The notes under the pieces were generated by a model that searched no databases, was not told the origin of the DNA, and worked only from the letters and a program-made list of their open reading frames with translations. Below are positions 54,803 to 59,715 of a stretch of 59,715 nucleotides of DNA, piece after piece. Both the position numbers and the translations under genes were made by a program. Source of the stretch: an uncultured Candidatus Saccharibacteria bacterium. GTDB lineage: Bacteria; Patescibacteriota; Minisyncoccia; Minisyncoccales; PWPS01. The stretch is taken from positions 22,871 through 82,585 of the forward strand of contig CAZDOR010000002.1 of NCBI GenBank assembly GCA_964507105.1, written 5' to 3'. Within the stretch, counting starts at the first letter, position 1; each line of letters opens with the position of its first letter.

Positions 54803-54831
54803 AAAACACCCCCGAAAACCGGGGGTGTTTT
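54803..54831. terminator. Bidirectional intrinsic terminator
   Basis: AAAACACCCCCG-AAAAC-CGGGGGTGTTTT, a perfect 12-bp stem. Confidence 0.88.
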
Positions 54832-54850
54832 ACACACCGAAACGACCCGA

Positions 54851-57800
54851 TCATCTTTTAAATACTTTAAAAACTCTTTTCTCTTTGGCAAGAACGAATC
54901 CTCTATATCCAAAATACAATAATAATCCGAAAAGCCCGAAACTCATCACTATAAAAGGTATGGATCCCGAAAAGCCGCCATCGACAGTGGCCGGCAAAGA
55001 AGCTAACGGATCAGTATCTTCATCTTCTTTTTCATCTTCTCCAACCGGATCATCTTCAGCTGAATCTTTATCGGCTTCATCCGAATCGTCAGGATCAACA
55101 AAAAAATCACTCCAATCGATTATATCTTCCTCATCACGAATTTCCGGCTCGCTGTAATAAGTCGAGAGATCAGGCATCTTCAATCCGAGCTCCGGACACA
55201 TTATCATATTTATCCATCTTCTTGTGGTTTCAAAAACATAACCGGTGGGAATATCTTCACTACTGTGAATTCCGGCCTCGACCCACGGACTCAAAATCTC
55301 CTCCTTGTATTCCAGTTGAAAGCGCTCAACCGCCTCAAAAGTTTCTATGCCGAAATATCCGTCCACCCACAAATCTTCTCCCATGTGCTCGTTGAGAAAA
55401 ATTTGAAGCTTTTTAACCTCTTCGGGATTATTTTCATCTCCGTATCTTAAAAAGTCATTCAAATATATTCCACAAACCTTTTCGGAAGGTTCTTCGGGAA
55501 AAACAATGTCCAGCTCTTCACCGGCGATTGTTTCTTGCTCATCCGTTTTTTTATCTTCCTCTTCCTCAGTTTTTTCTTCTTCAACCGGCTCCTCTTCGGT
55601 GGTACTACTTAAAACACCGGCCCGAGAAGATCCTCTTCTTGAAATTGGAGGAGTCAGAGGCAAGTCGTTATCACCTGTGTTATTTCCGTTATCACCTCCG
55701 TTCTCTATCCTTTCTTCATAACTGTTAAAAGCTACACAGATATATTCCATTCCCGGATTCATTTCATCGACGTACTCGTAATTGTCGTAATTATAGCCAT
55801 CCGTGTGACAAATAAACTCCGCACTTTCCGAAACACCCTCATCTCCGGACTGGTCGCTAAACGGGAGATAGCCGCCTTGTAGAATTTCCCTGACCCAAAC
55901 TTTGTCGCCGTCTTCCAGATTAACGGTAGCGAGAGCGGGAGTTGTTCCTATCGCTTGCCTGTGAAATTCTTGCCAACTTTCTCCGTCGGCCCGACCGATG
56001 TGATCACCGTCTTCTCTTTCCACCTCGCCGTCGTAGCCCCACTCGAAGCTCCATTCTTCTTCAGTAAACTCACATCCGTCCGTTTCACTTACGTAAGCAA
56101 TTATCTCTTTTTCGGTAAGCGGTTCTTCCACTGAAGGGTAATCTCTGTTCTTTACCCAATTGGGCATTCCGTTTTCACAAATCACTTTGTGGGCTCTTAT
56201 TGTTGCCGTATCCATGTCCGGATCGGGTTCTTCCGCGCAATGGAGTTGCACATCATCTATCAAACCGCCATAGGTGTTAACCGGACCATCATGAGAAAAA
56301 CGTATGGTGGTTTTTGAGTCGTCAGCAGTAAATCCGTAAGTCTTATACTGCCAATGGATATCGCCATAACCCGTTTCAATTGTATCAGTAAGAATTGTGC
56401 CGCCATTCGACTCAGCGGTTAAAACCGCTTTGCTGTCAGTCGCATCCTCATCCGGTCTTGGAGACCAAGCGAATGTCAATTCGTAGTATTGTCCCGGAAT
56501 AGTGCTAACTTCTTGCTCTATAGCACTTGCGGGGTCATCACCGTCACTGTCAAGTTCCAAGTGCTGGTCACCGTCGGCCGACTCAAAAACATATCTTTGC
56601 AATTCTATATAATCACCTTCCACAAGAGTCCATCCGGAAATCGACTCGTAAAGTTGCCAATCACCATCATTATCCCCTACTACAGGCTCTTCAAAGCTGC
56701 CATTTTCAATTAGATTGACTTCCGGATCGCAAACCGGATCACAATCATCGATATTAAACCGTCTTGTATAACGTTCACCGTCATCGGGGTTAAAAACAAA
56801 GCAGTACTCACCTTCATACCATCCGGAAGTACCTAATTCTGCTATAAAAATTCCATCTGTCCAATCAAAGGGGTCATCATATTCGTCAACATTTCCTGCA
56901 ACCGCACCCTCTCCTTTCTCGCAAGTATCATAACGAACTGCCCATTGAACATCTCCTTCGGAGGCCTCAATGTCCTTCGCTTCCAAATTTAGAGCTTCAC
57001 CCTTACAGATATCTGCTCCCTCTTCGGGTAAAATAATACCGGGATCACAAACCAACTCTTCCTCTTCAGAAACATTGAATGCTGCGCAATAATAATCCTC
57101 CCCGAAAACCGTATTCTCCAACCACTCGTAATTGTCATAATTATATCCGTCCGTGTGGCAAATTAGTTCCGCGCTCTTCGAATAATCCCCACCATCGTCA
57201 TCACTAAAAGACAAGTAACCCTCTTGCAAAACTTCTCTGATTGAAATTGCACCTTCAAAATCAAACTGCTTTATAGCTATTCCATTTTCGTTTGTCGGAC
57301 CGAAAGTATTCCAGTCATCACCTCCGTAACCTATATGATCTCCACCGGGATCGGAAACCGTTTTTTCCGCCCATTCAAACTCCCAGCCGGGCTCAAACCA
57401 ACAAGCCCCCTCGGAATCTTCAACATAATCCATAATTAACTCTTCGGTAAGCATCGAAGGGTAATTGGCGTCTTTCACCCATTCCGGAAAGTCGGTTTCA
57501 CTTTCACACATTACTTTGTAAGCGTGCAAATTAACCATCGGTTCGGGCTCTTCATAGGTGTTTAAAACAACCAATCTTCTGTGCGGCCTGCTTTCAGATA
57601 AAACTATGTGCCCGTCGGCATCCTTGTTTCTGTCTTCATCTTCATCGTTTTCAAACAATTCCGGACTGTATTCGTAGAAATAATCTAAACTTTCAACGGT
57701 AGTTTCAAATTCATCATTATAGAGAGGTTCCAACCAATAATCTCCCTCTATGTGTTCTTCACTGTAGTAAAGATCTCCCAACTCCCAATTAATTGTCTTA

Positions 57801-58846
57801 CACTCCCCATTTTCCTCATCACCGAATATGGTTGTGTTCGGCGAAAAATCAGTAGCGGAAAACTCAACGATTTCCGGATCCGTAAAGTCTTTTGAAGTTG
57901 AAAGTTTTATCTCAAAATCTCCCTCGGGAAGATCTTCATTATCGGTCTTCACCATTCCTTCATCATCAACAATCATCTTACATACCGTTATCGAAGCTTC
58001 CGGCTCCGGATCATCAACCGGGCATCTTGCCCTCGGATCGTCACTTGCAGTAGCCGTTCTGGTGCCTCCGTCCGGTGCTGTTAAAGTCCATACTAAATCT
58101 GAACCGTCAAAATCTACTGAGAAAAGGTTATCCGGATAAAATCCGGTTCTTCCCATTCTGTCCGCACTCGGATAATCGGGTGCCGGATACTCAAAAACCG
58201 TTGGTTGACCTTGGTCGTAATCGGACGTGCCACCTCCCGTAAACTTATTACTTTCACCTATCGGAACGGTTACATCAACATTATTGTGAGTTTCGTATGA
58301 GAAATGAGCTCTATAACTCTCGTTTACCTCTTCGACACACTCAAGTATCGGTGATATTTTTTGATCATCTATGACATCATTGTCGGGAATTTTACAATCA
58401 TTTTCCCATATCGCTTTGCCCTCCGGCCAATTTTGAGAATATCCATCTCCGTCATACTCAAAAGGCGAAATTATATCTCCCCAATCCGCCTCAGGCCAGA
58501 GCGGCCCGACATTTACCGCAGGGCCGGGAAATCCTCTTTGAGGATGGACTATTGAAGATATATCTCGTGGTGTTTTTGAGTACGGATTTTTAAAGCTGCC
58601 TGTAGCGTTGCACATATGCTCTACTACAACCATTGTCTCCATTTTCACATCCTCATCACTCATTTTTTCGCTCTCTTCATTTTTTTCTTCCGAATTAGTG
58701 TCTTCCAATTGGTCAATATTTTCTTCATCATGCTCGTTATCTCCATTCTCCACTATCGAAAAAACGGGTACCGAATAAGAAAAAAGTAAAATGAAAGCCA
58801 AAAGAATCGGAAAGGTCTTTTTTGTCCTTTTTTTTATCTTTTTCAT
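54851..58846 (-). CDS. Large acidic cell-surface protein (1331 aa): signal peptide, Cys-containing beta domains, DUF642-like carbohydrate-binding domain between two repeated ~155-aa domains, PG-binding domain, C-terminal TM
   Basis: NLIENGSFEEP...ELD (galactose-binding-like); duplicated A[YH]KV.CE...CHTDGYNYDNYE...C.AFN; LQIFLN...DG.FG.ET..AV.RFQ; C-terminal TM plus basic tail. Confidence 0.85.
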   Translation of the reverse strand: MKKIKKRTKKTFPILLAFILLFSYSVPVFSIVENGDNEHDEENIDQLEDTNSEEKNEESEKMSDEDVKMETMVVVEHMCNATGSFKNPYSKTPRDISSIVHPQRGFPGPAVNVGPLWPEADWGDIISPFEYDGDGYSQNWPEGKAIWENDCKIPDNDVIDDQKISPILECVEEVNESYRAHFSYETHNNVDVTVPIGESNKFTGGGTSDYDQGQPTVFEYPAPDYPSADRMGRTGFYPDNLFSVDFDGSDLVWTLTAPDGGTRTATASDDPRARCPVDDPEPEASITVCKMIVDDEGMVKTDNEDLPEGDFEIKLSTSKDFTDPEIVEFSATDFSPNTTIFGDEENGECKTINWELGDLYYSEEHIEGDYWLEPLYNDEFETTVESLDYFYEYSPELFENDEDEDRNKDADGHIVLSESRPHRRLVVLNTYEEPEPMVNLHAYKVMCESETDFPEWVKDANYPSMLTEELIMDYVEDSEGACWFEPGWEFEWAEKTVSDPGGDHIGYGGDDWNTFGPTNENGIAIKQFDFEGAISIREVLQEGYLSFSDDDGGDYSKSAELICHTDGYNYDNYEWLENTVFGEDYYCAAFNVSEEEELVCDPGIILPEEGADICKGEALNLEAKDIEASEGDVQWAVRYDTCEKGEGAVAGNVDEYDDPFDWTDGIFIAELGTSGWYEGEYCFVFNPDDGERYTRRFNIDDCDPVCDPEVNLIENGSFEEPVVGDNDGDWQLYESISGWTLVEGDYIELQRYVFESADGDQHLELDSDGDDPASAIEQEVSTIPGQYYELTFAWSPRPDEDATDSKAVLTAESNGGTILTDTIETGYGDIHWQYKTYGFTADDSKTTIRFSHDGPVNTYGGLIDDVQLHCAEEPDPDMDTATIRAHKVICENGMPNWVKNRDYPSVEEPLTEKEIIAYVSETDGCEFTEEEWSFEWGYDGEVEREDGDHIGRADGESWQEFHRQAIGTTPALATVNLEDGDKVWVREILQGGYLPFSDQSGDEGVSESAEFICHTDGYNYDNYEYVDEMNPGMEYICVAFNSYEERIENGGDNGNNTGDNDLPLTPPISRRGSSRAGVLSSTTEEEPVEEEKTEEEEDKKTDEQETIAGEELDIVFPEEPSEKVCGIYLNDFLRYGDENNPEEVKKLQIFLNEHMGEDLWVDGYFGIETFEAVERFQLEYKEEILSPWVEAGIHSSEDIPTGYVFETTRRWINMIMCPELGLKMPDLSTYYSEPEIRDEEDIIDWSDFFVDPDDSDEADKDSAEDDPVGEDEKEDEDTDPLASLPATVDGGFSGSIPFIVMSFGLFGLLLYFGYRGFVLAKEKRVFKVFKR

Positions 58847-59071
58847 CTTTTTAATTTTGGATTAATAATTCCTTTTGTTTCGAAAAAACAAAAGGCTCGA
58901 CCTTTTTGCCGAGTCCTCATTTGTGATGATTTAAACAAAGCAAAACGCACAAGCTTAGTAGCTTGTTTTTCCGTCACATAATCTTGTTGAGGATCCGATT
59001 GATCCTGATAATCTTTCCTATAAGCTGAAACTTATTCCTGAAAGAAAATTTCAGCACAAAGAAAGAACTCT
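58847..59071 (-). promoter_or_regulatory. Long (~225 nt) structured 5' leader of the surface-protein gene
   Basis: Hairpins CTGAAA/TTTCAG, AGGATC/GATCCT, ACAAGCT/AGCTTGT, CCTTTTGTTT/AAACAAAAGG between the promoter and the ATG. Confidence 0.45.
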
Positions 59072-59077
59072 GATTTA

Positions 59078-59106
59078 CTTATACACCCCCCCTTAAAAAA
59101 AGTCAA
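59078..59106 (-). promoter_or_regulatory. Putative sigma70 promoter with homopolymer tracts in the spacer
   Basis: TTGACT-17 bp (T run + G7)-TATAAG. Confidence 0.6.
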
Positions 59107-59168
59107 TAGCGGAAACCAAACCGTAAATTAAAAAAGCAATAACGTAAACAAAAAAAGAACTCCGGAAT

Positions 59169-59513
59169 TTATCCCGGAGTTTTCGTACTCTTTTTTTTAT
59201 TCCTTTTTGTCCGCACCAAGTTTTCGAGACACAAGGCCAATATAAAGGCAAGTCCCAGTCCCGAAAAACTTAAAATTGCTCCTAAGTAGCCCGGCATAAG
59301 AGCGGAAAGCCAATAAATACCGGAGACGGGCATTGAAAGTTTCAACCACCGTTCGGATGGAGAAGTATAGAGAATAAACACAAGTGAAAAAACAACAAAG
59401 ATCATTTCCGGAAGAGCAACTTGAATCGGTGACAGGAAAAGAAAAAAAGACAGAAAAGTTAAAAATCCCAAAAAAAGAATCCACGTTCTAAAAAGGTGCT
59501 TTGTCTTTTCCAT
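59169..59513 (-). CDS. Small four-TM membrane protein
   Basis: SD AAGGAGGG before the ATG at 59513; hairpin over the stop codon. Confidence 0.75.
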   Translation of the reverse strand: MEKTKHLFRTWILFLGFLTFLSFFLFLSPIQVALPEMIFVVFSLVFILYTSPSERWLKLSMPVSGIYWLSALMPGYLGAILSFSGLGLAFILALCLENLVRTKRNKKKSTKTPG

Positions 59514-59535
59514 CGATATCCCTCCTTGTATTTTT

Positions 59536-59564
59536 ATTATATATATTTTTATTATTTTTGTCAA
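59536..59564 (-). promoter_or_regulatory. Perfect-consensus sigma70 promoter
   Basis: TTGACA-17 bp-TATAAT. Confidence 0.8.
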
Positions 59565-59567
59565 TAG

Positions 59568-59593
59568 AAAAAGCCGCCTTCGCCCGGGCGGCT
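59568..59593 (-). terminator. Intrinsic terminator
   Basis: AGCCGCC stem / GGCGGCT followed by a T run. Confidence 0.7.
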
Positions 59594-59623
59594 CTTCCGC
59601 TTGTTCTTTAATTTAAAGTTAAC

Positions 59624-59715
59624 TTAAAGATTATATTCCTCATCCATTTCATATGGGTCCATTGGATCTTCATCTTCATACGGATCCATGCCTTCGTATG
59701 GATCCATGGGATCTT
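59624..59715 (-). CDS. 3' end of a CDS entering from the right edge; acidic MDPYE-repeat tail
   Basis: ...DPMDPYEGMDPYEDEDPMDPYEMDEEYNL*. Confidence 0.7.
   Translation of the reverse strand, partial: DPMDPYEGMDPYEDEDPMDPYEMDEEYNL

Overview
A gene-dense, AT-rich chromosomal segment, almost entirely on the minus strand, read with standard code 11. It most likely comes from a Patescibacteria (CPR; Parcubacteria/Paceibacteria-like) bacterium. This is an inference from the gene set: a type IV pilus cluster with FISUMP pilins, a VirD4-like ATPase with its usual upstream partner, a sigma4/HARE-HTH protein, and core genes that lack Shine-Dalgarno sequences. Bases 1-14.4 kb are a type IV pilus locus with at least 4 major-type pilins, 4 minor pilins, PilC, PilB and a receiver protein whose phospho-Asp is Glu. 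Its most striking gene is a 1736-aa PilM. The actin-like domain is preceded by about 1200 aa of repeated coiled-coil/helical modules plus an HhH-like motif, and followed by a PilN-like VNLLP-TM tail. Two tandem pilin genes share a perfectly identical 137-bp 5' block but have divergent 3' halves, and the major pilins share an upstream AA(G)GTCGA motif. Core genes follow: ftsEX, frameshifted prfB, tRNA-Thr, ftsB, lepA, murJ, rnpB, rnhA, recJ-like, pgk, secF/secD/secA, hpf, murB and metK. They are interspersed with envelope and host-interaction genes (an active/inactive DUF1460 amidase pair, a serpin, an HExxH peptidase with a PG-binding domain, a 1331-aa surface protein) and with orphan genes that carry strong SD sequences. 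Several small ORFs absent from the ORF track were found by reading (41, 34, 26 and 50 aa, plus partial ORFs at both window ends), as were two candidate structured 5' leaders and a DnaA-box/11-mer repeat region. No CRISPR array, integrase, transposase or reverse transcriptase was seen. All family assignments are by motif recognition, not database search.
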